A stretch of DNA of 64,000 nt from Eledone cirrhosa (GCA_964016885.1 OZ024740.1:23436001-23500000), one strand, 5' to 3'; counted from the first letter of the stretch, positions 1 to 11,291 are shown. Notes: generated from the sequence alone by a model not told the origin. Translations and numbers: made by a program.

Positions 1-47
<47 letters not shown>

Positions 48-50
48 CTC

Positions 51-132
<82 letters not shown>
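1..132. repeat. (AC)n-(TC)n compound microsatellite
   Basis: Direct reading of the sequence. Confidence 0.97.
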
Positions 133-136
<4 letters not shown>

Positions 137-1171
137 CTATCTACCTTTAATACACTTCATACCCCTTTACTCTAAAATCCGTGTAGATATTACTGTTGTT
201 TTCTTAACCCAAGGTCATTCGTGATACAGAAGACCTATGACCAAATGCTTTCCAGCCATTACCATCATGTGTTTTTCCAGCACCAGTGAATCTAAAATTA
301 CATTATACAATGCGCTCTTCCATTTTTACGAAGTGTGATTTGAGGAAGATTTACTTGACGCAGCTGGCAGCTCTAACCACCACCTAGGGGATACTTCATT
401 TGTTAGTTATATCTAACATGTAATATCTTCATCCTGGACACTATTGATCTCTGGGGTCTTAATACACGCCGCCACTTAACCTTATTCTGCATTTTACCTT
501 TAATTCTACCTTCACTGTCGTTTGGTGTGTTTGATTGTTTTGTCATATAACTGTGTATCTATATGTCTATATATTTATACATCCTACGTTGGTGTATATG
601 TTGTGTGAATTCACTGCATATATGACTCTACATACTACATGCAGTGCTTTGTTTCACTGTACATATTTACAGTTCTATTCAGTAAGCATTCAATACCCAC
701 TTCCGGTCACGAACTACTAGACGTAGTTGTCCATCTCTACAGAACCCCATTTTGGATAGTAGACATTTTCTCTTTGTATTTCTGACCACTTCTTATTTCT
801 TCGTTTTTTATCATACATTCGACCACACCTTACTGAATTCAATTCTCTACATCTTTCCCTTACATAGCTTCTCCATCTTATTCAATGCCTTCTTTTGTCC
901 TACTTTTCTATTTGTCTTATTGCATTACCAATTCAATTCAACTGGCCATCATCAGCAGCAGCTTTCCATTCCATTTCATGTCATCCTCCTTATAAAATTT
1001 GTATGTCTCTCGACCAATATTCCATTTCTCTCTTCTTGACCACCCTATCTTACATCAAGAGAGCGCATCTTCCTTACCGTCCTCCGGGGAAACTATTTGT
1101 CCGCCGGGGCTGTGGGGAGGCCACCGATATGATTGACTGACTTGTCATTTTATCAGTCAGATGTTCTAATG

Positions 1172-1219
<48 letters not shown>

Positions 1220-1376
1220 AATTGGAGCTCTGAAATAGCAATATATATATGGATGTATATATAATGTATTTTGCAATACACTTTATGCTTACTTAAAAGC
1301 ATTTTGAAGACCGTAAGCTATTGTTTTAAAGTAGTGACAAATTCACTTACTTTGATCTCAGCAAACAGGGGAGATA

Positions 1377-1420
1377 AGCCGACATGTCTTGTTTCGCTTT
1401 GGTTGAAGCTTATCAAGGCC
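1377..1420 (-). ncRNA. Type I hammerhead ribozyme, U3:A8 variant, intact core
   Basis: Minus strand reads GGCC-UUGAUAA-GCUU caacca AAGC-GAAA-CA agaca UG-UC-GGCU. Stems I, II and III pair, and stem I extends further (caggagggguag / uuaucuccccug). Confidence 0.75.
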
Positions 1421-2696
1421 AACTACCCCTCCTGTCTACCGAGATCACTGATGTTATATTCTTATAGAAATCTAGTAAATAATCAGGAGCTGATTATGCA
1501 GAGCGGTTGTTGGTCAGGCAGAAATTAAAAATTAGAATTGGAGCTCTGAAATAGCAATATATATATGGATGTATATATAATGTATTTTGCAATACACTTT
1601 ATGCTTAATTAAAAGCATTTTGAAGACCGTAAGCTATTGTTTTAAAGTAGTGACAAATTCACTTACTTTGATCTCAGCAAACAGGGGAGATAAGCCGACA
1701 AGTCTTGATTCGCTTTGGTTGAAGCTTATCAAGGCCAACTACCCCTCCTGTCTACCGAGATCACTGATGTTATATTCTTATAGAAATCTAGTAAATAATC
1801 AGGAGCTGATTATGCAGAGCAGTTGTTGGTCAGGCAGAAATTAAAAATTAGAATTGGAGCTTCAAAATGCTTTTAATTAAGCATAAAGTGTATTGCAAAA
1901 TACATTATATATACATCCATATATATATTGCTATTTCAGAGCTCCAATTCTAATTTATAATTTCTGCCTGACCAACAACCACTCTGCATAATCAGCTCCT
2001 GATTATTTACTAGATTTCTATAAGAATATAACATCAGTGATCTCGGTAGACAGGAGGGGTAGTTGGCCTTGATAAGCTTCAACCAAAGCGAATCAAGACT
2101 TGTCGGCTTATCTCCCCTGTTTGCTGAGATCAAAGTAAGTGAATTTGTCACTACTTTAAAACAATAGCTTACGGTCTTCAAAATGCTTTTAATTAAGCAT
2201 AAAGTGTATTGCAAAATACATTATATATACATCCATATATATATTGCTATTTCAGAGCTCCAATTCTAATTTTTAATTTCTGCCTGACCAACAACCGCTC
2301 TGCATAATCAGCTCCTGATTATTTACTAGATTTCTATAATAATATAACATCAGTGATCTCGGTAGACAGGAGGGGTAGTTGGCCTTGATAAGCTTCAACC
2401 AAAGCGAATCAAGACTTGTCGGCTTATCTCCCCTGTTTGCTGAGATCAAAGTAAGTGAATTTGTCACTACTTTAAAACAATAGCTTACGGTCTTCAAAAT
2501 GCTTTTAATTAAGCATAAAGTGTATTGCAAAATACATTATATATACATCCATATATAGATTGCTATTTCAGAGCTCCAATTCTAATTTTTAATTTCTGCC
2601 TGACCAACAACCGCTCTGCATAATCAGCTCCTGATTATTTACTAGATTTCTATAAGAATATAACATCAGTGATCTCGGTAGACAGGAGGGGTAGTT

Positions 2697-2740
2697 GGCC
2701 TTGATAAGCTTCAACCAAAGCGAAACAAGACATGTCGGCT
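2697..2740 (+). ncRNA. Type I hammerhead ribozyme, U3:A8 variant, intact core
   Basis: ggcc ttgataa gcttcaaccaaagc gaaa caagacatg tc ggct. Sister copies at 1693-1736(-), 2065-2108(+) and 2381-2424(+) have GAAU in place of GAAA. Confidence 0.75.
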
Positions 2741-2864
2741 TATCTCCCCTGTTTGCTGAGATCAAAGTAAGTGAATTTGTCACTACTTTAAAACAATAGC
2801 TTACGGTCTTCAAAATTATTTTAATTAAGCATAAAGTGTATTGCAAAATACATTATATATACAT

Positions 2865-2926
<62 letters not shown>

Positions 2927-3029
2927 CGTTAAGATATATATAGAGATATATGTACATATGTATGAATGTCCTATGAAAGATAATTTATATAACACTGATT
3001 ACTAATTCCCTCATCACCAAGACCAAATT

Positions 3030-3126
3030 ATGAAGTATGTTGTCCAAGAACACAACACACAACCCAGGAATCGAACCCGCGATATTATGGTCGTTTGTCC
3101 AACACCCTTACCACAAGGCAACGTGC
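3030..3126 (-). mobile_element. tRNA-derived SINE 5' fragment (degenerate)
   Basis: Minus strand has A-box-like tgccttgtggtaag and B-box-like ggttcgattcc followed by ttggacaac, the same layout as 21495-21620. Confidence 0.55.
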
Positions 3127-3475
3127 ATCCACCGTACTTCCACCAAATGTCACTAGTATTTTAACAAGTCACTCCTACATCACATCTCTACCCATCATTC
3201 CTTTGTTTTATTCCATATTTTATTCCCAATTTTACAATCAAAACCAATAAACTTTCGAGAAATTTAGATACGGGTAAAAAGTACTAGTATCTCAATCATG
3301 GCCAGATACTTTCACTGATCAACTCGCTCAACGTTTCCACGAATCTCTTATAAATAGAAATTTGCCGTGACCGACCTACGCTAATTTCCTCAGCGGATTT
3401 AACCTTCATCTACTGTATCTGCCGGTCAATCTGTCTGTTCTATCTCTCTCGCCCCCCCCCCCCCGCCCCTCTCTG

Positions 3476-3506
<31 letters not shown>

Positions 3507-3508
<2 letters not shown>

Positions 3509-4018
3509 GTAAGTATGTATGTATACGTACATACATATATGTATACAGACGTACAGTAGCATGTATATTCATTCTATTCCATTTATCGTTTTTGGTGCGC
3601 CTGGCCGACTGAACTCACTCGATATGCAAATTAGGCTGCTCAGCCGTTAATTTTCATAAGGAAAGTATATACTTTCGGACGTTCAACCATCTGGCAGAAA
3701 GGTATATGGTGCTGACGATAGCTAATAAGCTTGAAACTAGTACATCGTTCCTGTGTCAGTGTTGAACAAAAAGGTGACGTGGTTGCCTAAACACTGTACG
3801 GCGTAATTCAGGCTGTTTGTTTGTTTACAAACGAACAAACCGAGCATTATAATAAATGTTCGGTAAACTGATACGTGCATATATGTATGTGTGCCTGTAT
3901 GTATAGATATACATACTACTGTACGTCTGTATACATATATGTATGTACGTATACATACATACTTACATTTAAGTAAGTGCCGTACTAAGAGTGAGACATG
4001 AAATTTCGTTTCATTCTT

Positions 4019-4021
<3 letters not shown>
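3507..4021 (+). mobile_element. Fold-back HHR element between (TA)n tracts
   Basis: Inverted arms at 3507-3568 and 3907-3968, an HHR in the spacer, and a short terminal hairpin before the (TA)n. Confidence 0.75.
3706..3748 (+). ncRNA. Type I hammerhead ribozyme
   Basis: atggtg-CTGACGA-tagct aata agctt-GAAA-ctag-TA-catcgt. Stem I is 6 bp including G.U pairs, stem III is the palindrome ACUAGU, and 10.1/11.1 is U.U. Confidence 0.75.
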
Positions 4022-4082
<61 letters not shown>

Positions 4083-4084
<2 letters not shown>

Positions 4085-4630
4085 CAATTAAGTTAAAAAT
4101 GTACATCCATATATGTATACTGAAATACTAGTATGCATATGAATACACACACGTATACATATGTAGATGTACCAAGTCTTTCACTGGTTACTTTACTGTG
4201 AGTATCCAGCTATTCTGCCCACTACTAATTTTCATAGAAAAAGCATATAACGATATGTGCTTTTACGATTCTCCAGAAAAGCCGGTAGATAGGTAAATAT
4301 TGCTGATGAGTTGTAACAACAACGAAACTAGTTCAATATTCCTTGTCTGGCTTTCTGGAGAATAGAGGAAAGGTGTTTCCTCAAAAACCAGTATGACTCT
4401 AAAAACCGGTTTGTCTGTGTGTTTACATACAGAATAGCTGGATACTCACAGTAAAGTAACCAGTGAAAGACTTGGTACATCTACATATGTATACGTGTGT
4501 GTATTCATATGCATACTAGTATTTCAGTATACATATATGGATGTACATGTTTAACTTAATTGTTTAAGCGTCAGTCATACAAAAGTGAGTTACAAACGAA
4601 ACGAAATTTAATTTCGTTTCGTTATTTGTT
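4083..4630 (+). mobile_element. Fold-back HHR element between (TA)n tracts
   Basis: 135-bp near-perfect inverted arms at 4083-4217 and 4430-4564, an HHR in the spacer, and the terminal hairpin aacgaaacgaaatttaatttcgtttcgtt. Confidence 0.8.
4296..4340 (+). ncRNA. Type I hammerhead ribozyme, canonical core
   Basis: aatattg-CTGATGA-gttg taacaa caac-GAAA-ctag-TT-caatatt. Stem I is a perfect 7 bp and extends via attctccagaaa..gcc / ggctttctggagaat (4268-4362). Confidence 0.9.
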
Positions 4631-4698
4631 TATATATATATATATATAGTACATGTATATACGGCATGTATATTCACTTTTCCGTTACCATTGTAAGG

Positions 4699-4783
4699 GG
4701 TCTGACGAGCTGCGGATTACAGAGTCGGACTAGATCGATACAGATTGAACCTTGAGCTGATCAGTGGCGAAACGCGCGTCACC
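4699..4783 (+). ncRNA. Type I hammerhead ribozyme with long stem II, in a ~290-bp (TA)n-flanked element (4648-4940)
   Basis: ggt-CTGACGA-gctgc...gtggc-GAAA-cgcgcg-TC-acc, with palindromic stem III ACGCGCGU and AATAAA just downstream (4788). Confidence 0.8.
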
Positions 4784-4963
4784 AAACAATAAACGCAATG
4801 AAGGAGTAACCAATTATCCTTGTTATTTTATTTCACTATAATACAGTCTGTCTAGCTCTACACCTCGACACTGAAGTGAACCTAAATATAGGGTGCTCAC
4901 CCGGGTGAACCTACAGTAACTCCAAGATACACTCCCAGGATATATATATACATATATATATAA

Positions 4964-5073
<110 letters not shown>

Positions 5074-5304
5074 GAAACACACAGATACATGCGGACACAC
5101 ACATATATACATGAATGCATCCGCACCCAACTGTGAGTTAAGGGTGCCAACTTCACCGATGTTGCTCAATGAATGACTGGGACAGACCAATTCAGTTTGA
5201 ACCAGACTGAACCAGTATCAGAGTTAAAAATACATTATGAAGAGAGAAGAAACATTTAGATATAATTAGTAATAAAATGTATCATACCTAAACTGTTCCT
5301 AAAT

Positions 5305-5392
5305 TCCTCGACTACGTAGTTTCGTGGCATAAACAAAAACAATATATCAAAGATATAGAGTCCTTGCGAGGTCTGCCGACTTATCAAGAGGA
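5305..5392 (-). ncRNA. Type I hammerhead ribozyme, U3:A8 variant, long stem II
   Basis: Minus strand reads tcctc-TTGATAA-gtcggca...tgccac-GAAA-ctacgtag-TC-gagga, with palindromic stem III ACUACGUAGU. Confidence 0.8.
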
Positions 5393-5895
5393 TACCTCAT
5401 TTTACTAGTCTCAAGAACGCGTCTACACGACGTGAGAAAGAATCCCAAAAGGCGGAGGGGGAGATGGTCACGCGATATAACGCTCGAGAAACAGAGCTAA
5501 GCCTCTTATAACCACGAAGAAAATACCACGGAGGCGGAGGGGGTATTCATATCGAGGCCGTAGAAGAGGTAGTGAAGAAGGCGAGAAGTATGAGTAATGG
5601 AAGCTTTCCAGTTGTCCCCACACCTCAAAGATTGCTCGACCAGAGGGAGTTATTAATATATTTAGAAACACACAGATACATGCGGACACACACATATATA
5701 CATGAATGCATCCGCACCCAACTGTGAGTTAAGGGTGCCAACTTCACCGATGTTGCTCAATGAATGACTGGGACAGACCAATTCAGTTTGAACCAGACTG
5801 AACCAGTATCAGAGTTAAAAATACATTATGAAGAGAGAAGAAACATTTAGATATAATTAGTAATAAAATGTATCATACCTAAACTGTTCCTAAAT

Positions 5896-5983
5896 TCCTC
5901 GACTACGTAGTTTCGTGGCATAAACAAAAACAATATATCAAAGATATAGAGTCCTTGCGAGGTCTGCCGACTTATCAAGAGGA
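5896..5983 (-). ncRNA. Second copy of the U3:A8 hammerhead ribozyme
   Basis: Identical to 5305-5392 at +591. Confidence 0.8.
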
Positions 5984-6247
5984 TACCTCATTTTACTAGT
6001 CTCAAGAACGCGTCTACACGACGTGAGAGAGAATCCCAAAAGGCGGAGGGGGAGATGGTCACGCGATATAACGGTCGAGAAACAGAGCTAAGCCTCTTAT
6101 AACCACGATAAAGAAAATAAGATGAAATCGCAAATGCATTTTCGATTTCATCTTTTTTTCTTTATACTTTCACTCGTGTAGGACACCACGGTTATTTTTC
6201 ATTCTGCAAAAAAAACCTCACTTTCTAAATAATATATATATATATAT

Positions 6248-6798
6248 ATATTTATTAAAATAACAGATTAAAGTTTAAGCAAAGAATCGCTGCTTTCACC
6301 CTTAACGGGATCTTCTGAAAGTAACAAAGTCAATCTGTGAACGCAGAAGTAAATATTTCAAAAAACGTTGCAACCGGAGGAAGACAGGAAGACGATACTT
6401 TGGTTCGTGGAAACGTTCGCTGGCAAAGAACGGGAAAAAACGAATATAATACGTCATTATTTGGAGCGGTGAAAAACAAATACACGCAAATACAGAACCA
6501 AGTTTATGGTATAAAAGAAGTCGTAGACTAATATTCTATTAGTAGGTTCATAGAGACGTTCTCTGGCAATGAACGAAAAAAAACGAAGATAATACGTCAT
6601 ATTCGTTTTTTCCCGTTCTTTGCCAGGGAACGTTTCCACGAACCAAAGTATCGTCTTCCTGTCTACCTCCGGTTGCAACGTTTTTTGAAATATTTACTTC
6701 TGCGTACACAGATTGACTTTGTTAATTTCAGAAGATCCCGTTAAGGGTGAAAGCAGCGATTCTTTGCTTAAACTTTAATCTGCTATTTTAATAAATAT
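6248..6798. repeat. ~200-bp inverted repeat (fold-back element) next to (TA)n
   Basis: 6248-6447 is the reverse complement of 6599-6798 with few mismatches. Confidence 0.9.
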
Positions 6799-6882
6799 TT
6801 GCTCTACGGTTCTTATATATTTGATATATATTTATCCTTATCGAGCCCTCTTTGTATTTAAGTCTTCAAATTAATTCTCATT

Positions 6883-6973
<91 letters not shown>

Positions 6974-7105
6974 AGGGGTTATATTTAATTTGTTTGGATA
7001 CAACAAGCAACATATTTTTATAACTGATATAAAGCACTCAACAAATTATTGGAGTAAATATACAATATATTAACAAATGGAAACTATATTTATAAAACTA
7101 TATTT

Positions 7106-7169
7106 ATTTCATTATACATATTTCAAGGGCCACCAGAATAAACTATGGTGCGCTTTCATCAGATAAAAT
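7106..7169 (-). ncRNA. Type I hammerhead ribozyme inside a ~165-bp hairpin element (7057-7221)
   Basis: Minus strand reads attttat-CTGATGA-aagcgcacca..tggtggccctt-GAAA-tatgta-TA-atgaaat. Stem I is 7 bp and the motif is flanked by ~40-bp inverted arms. Confidence 0.75.
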
Positions 7170-7233
7170 ATAATATATGGTTTTATAAATATAGTTTCCA
7201 TTTATTAATATATTGTATATTATATATATATAA

Positions 7234-7298
<65 letters not shown>

Positions 7299-7525
7299 AT
7301 GGGGTTACCAGAACAGGGATATACTGATCACATTATGGTCCCTACGAACACTTTCATCTCTATCCCAACCCCTATCCTTACGTTAAGTTCCATATTTTGC
7401 TCTATCTATCTTCCCACTCATTTTATACTCGGACAACTCTGTACCTGTTTTGGATAACCTTGTACGGACCCCGTATATTTCCATGCCTCTATTATAGTAT
7501 TATTATTATTATTGTATTCGTGAAG

Positions 7526-8292
7526 GGCGGTGAATTGGCAGTATCGGTAGAGGGTTGGACGCCATGCTTTCTAGCATAGTTACGTCCCTTTACAGTCTGA
7601 GTTCAAATCCCGCCGAGGTTAACTTTGCCTTTCATCCTTACGGGGTCGATAAAATAAAGTACCAGTAATGTACTGGGTAGTTGCTGGCCTTGTGCCTAAA
7701 GTAGAAACAATTATTATTATTGTATTCACTTCATTATTAAGGGCGGTGGATTGGCAGTATCGGTAGAGGGTCAGACGCCATGCTTTGCAGCATAGAGTTA
7801 CGGCCCTTTATGGTCTGAGTTCAAATCCCGCCGAGGTTTACTTTGCCTTTCATCCTTACGGGGTCGATAAAATAAAGTACCAGTCACGCACTGGGGTCGA
7901 TTATATCGACTTTCCCCTCTCTCCAAGTTACTGGCCTTGTGCCTATACTAGAAATCATTATTATTGATCTGAGTTCAAATCCCGCCGAGGTTAACTTTGC
8001 CTTTCATCCTTACAGGGTCGATAAAATAAAGTACCAGTAATGCACTGGTTAAATGCTGGCCTTCTGCCAAAAGTAGAAACAATTATTATTATATGTACTT
8101 ACCGGTGGATTGGCAGTATCTGTAGAGGGTCGGACACCATGCTTTGACGCATAGAGTTACGGCCATTGCCATTCTGAGTTCAAATCCCGCCGAGGTTAAC
8201 TCTGCTTTTCATCCTTACCGGGTCGATAAAATAAAGTACCAGTAATGAACTGGTTAATTTGCTGGTCTTCTGCCAAAAGTAGAAACAATTAT
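7526..8292 (+). mobile_element. Head-to-tail cluster of four tRNA-derived SINE copies (7526-7721, 7741-7966, 7968-8092 5'-truncated, 8102-8292)
   Basis: A-box-like tggcagtatcgg, B box gagttcaaatccc, conserved body gcctttcatccttacggggtcgataaaataaagtaccag (resembles the Meta/MESC SINE domain as I recall it) and (ATT)n tails. Confidence 0.85.
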
Positions 8293-9428
8293 ATGTACTT
8301 ATCATTTTCTTTGACTATACCAAATCTGTTTATCTCGTATATTGCTACATATGTTCTTCTCTCTTCTACTGTACGACTGTACACCAACCTTACTCAACCT
8401 TTAACTTTATCTCTTACTAACCCTCATGTGTCTCACTCTGCTATTTCCTTTAAGTTACCTTAAGTCGGACTACACCTAATTTACTGTATTTGAATTTATC
8501 TCTAAACCTTCTCCACGTGTCTCATTTTGATAATCACCTAAGTTACCTTAGGTTGGCCTACACCACTTAATTGGTAAAGGAACAACCTAATAGCTCTCTG
8601 CCGGTCAGGCATGTTGGTCCGGAGACCTTGATCGGTTTCACGGATATTTGACGCAAACTGCACGGACCAATCCTACTTCCCAACCCCCTCCCGGACATTC
8701 CCTTTATATATCGTAAGATTTCACTCTGGTGTTCTACTCATCGAGTGCTTGAGTCTCCGGAGAGGCGGGAAACCGAACTACTAGATGTAATCCGTAGAGC
8801 TCTATCAAACGGGGAACTAGCGAGGAATACGGCTATCATGCTTCCAATAGTTTCGATGTTGTATGGTTAAACTATAACTATACAACATCTACACGATACA
8901 CTCTGGTTTATAGCCTAGGCTTGCAGGCAACTATCTCTTTACTTTTTAATTTTCTTAGTTATATATATTTTTTCTTATTATAATCATCTCTTTCCTACAT
9001 GTCTATCACATTTAATATAAACTTTCCCTTTGTTCTTAATTAAATAACTAAGTATTTAATCTATTTCTTATATAGTTAATTTTGGTATCGGTTATAATAT
9101 TCACAGTTTTTGCAGACCTGTGGACACTATGGGGCTGAGAGGGGCTGGTTGTCACTATCTATTATAGCAGCTGCTGTCACTACTACTACAACAGATAATG
9201 ATAGAGAGGGGAGGGAGAAGGGCTACCAAACGTTTTGGTTACTTCCTAAACTGACCAACACTTCCGCCAAAACTCTTGGGTTCATACAGAGGCCGACTGT
9301 CGAAGAAACAACACCCGCATTTGGCCGGCACCCTCTATCATGAAAAGAAAATCTTTTTCAGGGAAATTATTGGATTTTTCCAACTTTAAAGGTTTATTAG
9401 GAACTTTCAATGTTTATTTCAAGTTTTG

Positions 9429-9485
9429 CCGTCTGAAGAGCTCAGGCTATCTAAACTGATAGTCCTCAGTGAAATATGTTAAAGG
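9429..9485 (+). ncRNA. Degenerate hammerhead ribozyme motif
   Basis: CTGAAGA-gctcaggctatc..gatagtcctcagt-GAAA-tatg-TT. Stem II pairs well but stem I is weak. AATAAA and then (TA)n follow. Confidence 0.5.
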
Positions 9486-9527
9486 AGTTTTAAATAAACC
9501 TGAACTATGGCCTCCAAACTTTTATTA

Positions 9528-9617
<90 letters not shown>

Positions 9618-9670
9618 CAGGAAAGAAGAGTGACACGGTTTGCTATACAAAAAAGGTTTTTAATCTCATT

Positions 9671-9776
9671 GCTGACAATTGTTTCTCTGAACTGGTAGGT
9701 CTAGAGATCGCTATCCGATTATTTTCGCGTTAGTCGATCACCAATACAAAGTTATAACCAGTCAGTTCATCGGAGC
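9671..9776 (-). ncRNA. Hammerhead motif with C4 core variant and ~80-nt stem II
   Basis: Minus strand reads gct-CCGATGA-actgactggt...accagttcaga-GAAA-caattg-TC-agc, with palindromic stem III ACAAUUGU. Confidence 0.6.
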
Positions 9777-10016
9777 TTGCGAGAATGAAGAGAATATACA
9801 GGCATGAAAAGAATATACAGGCTACTATATGTAGTAGTAATGGCATTCAGTTAGAACAATAACAACAATATCAACAATGCTAGCAATAAATTATTTGATA
9901 CTGTATATCCTTAGAAATGTAAAAAGGCTACTTCACAACAAGTTAGAAAGATCTATCTTCTGCAGACACAGGACCTCCACTAAATTCATAAGATTTAAAC
10001 CTCCTTGAATCGAACA

Positions 10017-10200
10017 ATTGGCAGTATCGGTAGAGGGTCGGACGCCATGCTTTTCAGCACAGTTACGTCCCTTTACGGACTGAGTTCAAATCGCGCCGAG
10101 GTTCACTTTGCCTTTCATCCTTACGGGGTCGATAAAATAAAGTACCAGTAATAGACTGGAATAATTGCTGGCCTTGTGCCAAAAGTAGAAACAATTAATT
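10017..10200 (+). mobile_element. tRNA-derived SINE, same family as 7526-8292
   Basis: Same A box, B box and body sequence. Confidence 0.85.
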
Positions 10201-10935
10201 ACATTCTAGCCTTCTTAGTTCTATACCACACTAATGTCTGTAAGTACCTCATCAACCCATAAACATATCTCTTCTCAGCTGCTGTCATCACTTGATCCTA
10301 AATCCAAGAACATTTCAAAATACTACTACAACAGAACTTTACCTTCCTCCTGCTATAATTATAGTCAGGATGTTTTCTCTTTGTATGTATGTATGTATTT
10401 GCATGTGTGTGTATATATATATGTTTGTGTGCATGTGTGTGTGTATATATATGTATGTATATATGTATTTTGCCTCCTTAACCTCTGTATTAACTTGCCC
10501 ATTATTCAGCTTTGTTAGTGTTGTCTTATACATGTATGTTATTGAGGATGAGAAGGATAGACAGTCCTCTCATCTAATATAGACCACACACATTCCACTA
10601 CAGTGATAAATACTTCATCGGTCAGATAAAAACCGACTATTACGGCCACCTGACCTACATTGTTTAAAAACACCAGCTTATCTTTACACTTGATATAATA
10701 CACCCTACGACAGTTTTTACATGTCAATTTTATACATCTGCCTCATGTCAGCTAGTTTTACACGCTAAAATCATAGATATACTATACTTCCCACCTAGAT
10801 TGATGTGATTGTTTCAAATAATTTATTGCTAGCATTGTTGATATTGTTGTTATTGTTCTAACTGAATGCCATTACTACTACATATAGTAGCCTGTATATT
10901 CTTTTCATGCCTGTATATTCTCTTCATTCTCGCAA

Positions 10936-11041
10936 GCACCGATGAACTGACTGATTATAACTTTGTATTGGCGATCGAGTAACGCGAAAATACGTGGATA
11001 GCGATCTCTAGACCTACCAGTTCAGAGAAACAATTGTCAGC
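10936..11041 (+). ncRNA. Hammerhead motif, inverted copy of 9671-9776
   Basis: gca-CCGATGA-actgactga...accagttcaga-GAAA-caattg-TC-agc, with one stem I mismatch. Confidence 0.5.
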
Positions 11042-11291
11042 AATGAGATTAAAAACCTTTTTTGTATAGCAAACCGTATCACTCTTCTTTTCTGATTTAT
11101 TATTACGCCAAGTGTTTACAACATAGAAATTACAGCGTACTCGCAGCATCACTATGGAAACGCCTTGTTGAGTCAAACTTAGCCAAGCGTTGATATCATC
11201 CACTACCCGGAGTACCATAACTGGACTACACCTAAGTGGACTGCATATAACTATTATTTGTTACCACGTATATATATATATATATATAATA

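Larger units (their letters stand above)
1218..2868. mobile_element. 316-bp tandem/inverted array flanked by (TA)n; HHR-containing retrozyme/PLE pseudo-LTR array
   Basis: Units start at 1218 and 1534 (period 316). An inversion at ~1860 is followed by ~3.2 units in the opposite orientation. (TA)n tracts flank both ends and each unit carries an HHR motif. Confidence 0.85.
9612..11268 (+). mobile_element. Decayed PLE-like element with inverted pseudo-LTRs (9612-9898 / 10814-11100)
   Basis: 287-bp inverted repeats, each holding an HHR motif, with (TA)n on both sides, an internal SINE insertion and weak ORF remnants. Confidence 0.65.

Noticed and set aside
535-1140. Short ORFs near the window start
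   Set aside because: Low-complexity composition, non-ATG starts and no recognisable motifs or splice structure.
1271-2846. Five repeated 85-92 aa ORFs
   Set aside because: They start at TTG, have no recognisable domain, lie antisense to the ribozyme and are simply a by-product of the 316-bp repeat.
6729-6760. HHR-like CAGAAGA-tccc gttaa gggt-GAAA in both arms of the fold-back element
   Set aside because: U4 is replaced by A, and there is no U16.1 pairing or stem I. At best it is a decayed relic.
7526-8292. tRNA genes
   Set aside because: A and B boxes are present but there is no cloverleaf, and the sequence continues into a SINE body.
8580-9105. Possible solo LTR or promoter (CCAAT ~8667, TATA-like ~8704) and a partial GAAACC..GGTC motif on the minus strand
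   Set aside because: No definable termini, target-site duplication or PBS, and no matching CUGANGA half-core.
10539-10727. Minus-strand ORF with CKNC..YYI resembling GIY-YIG
   Set aside because: It lacks the YIG glycine and the downstream conserved residues, so it is likely chance.
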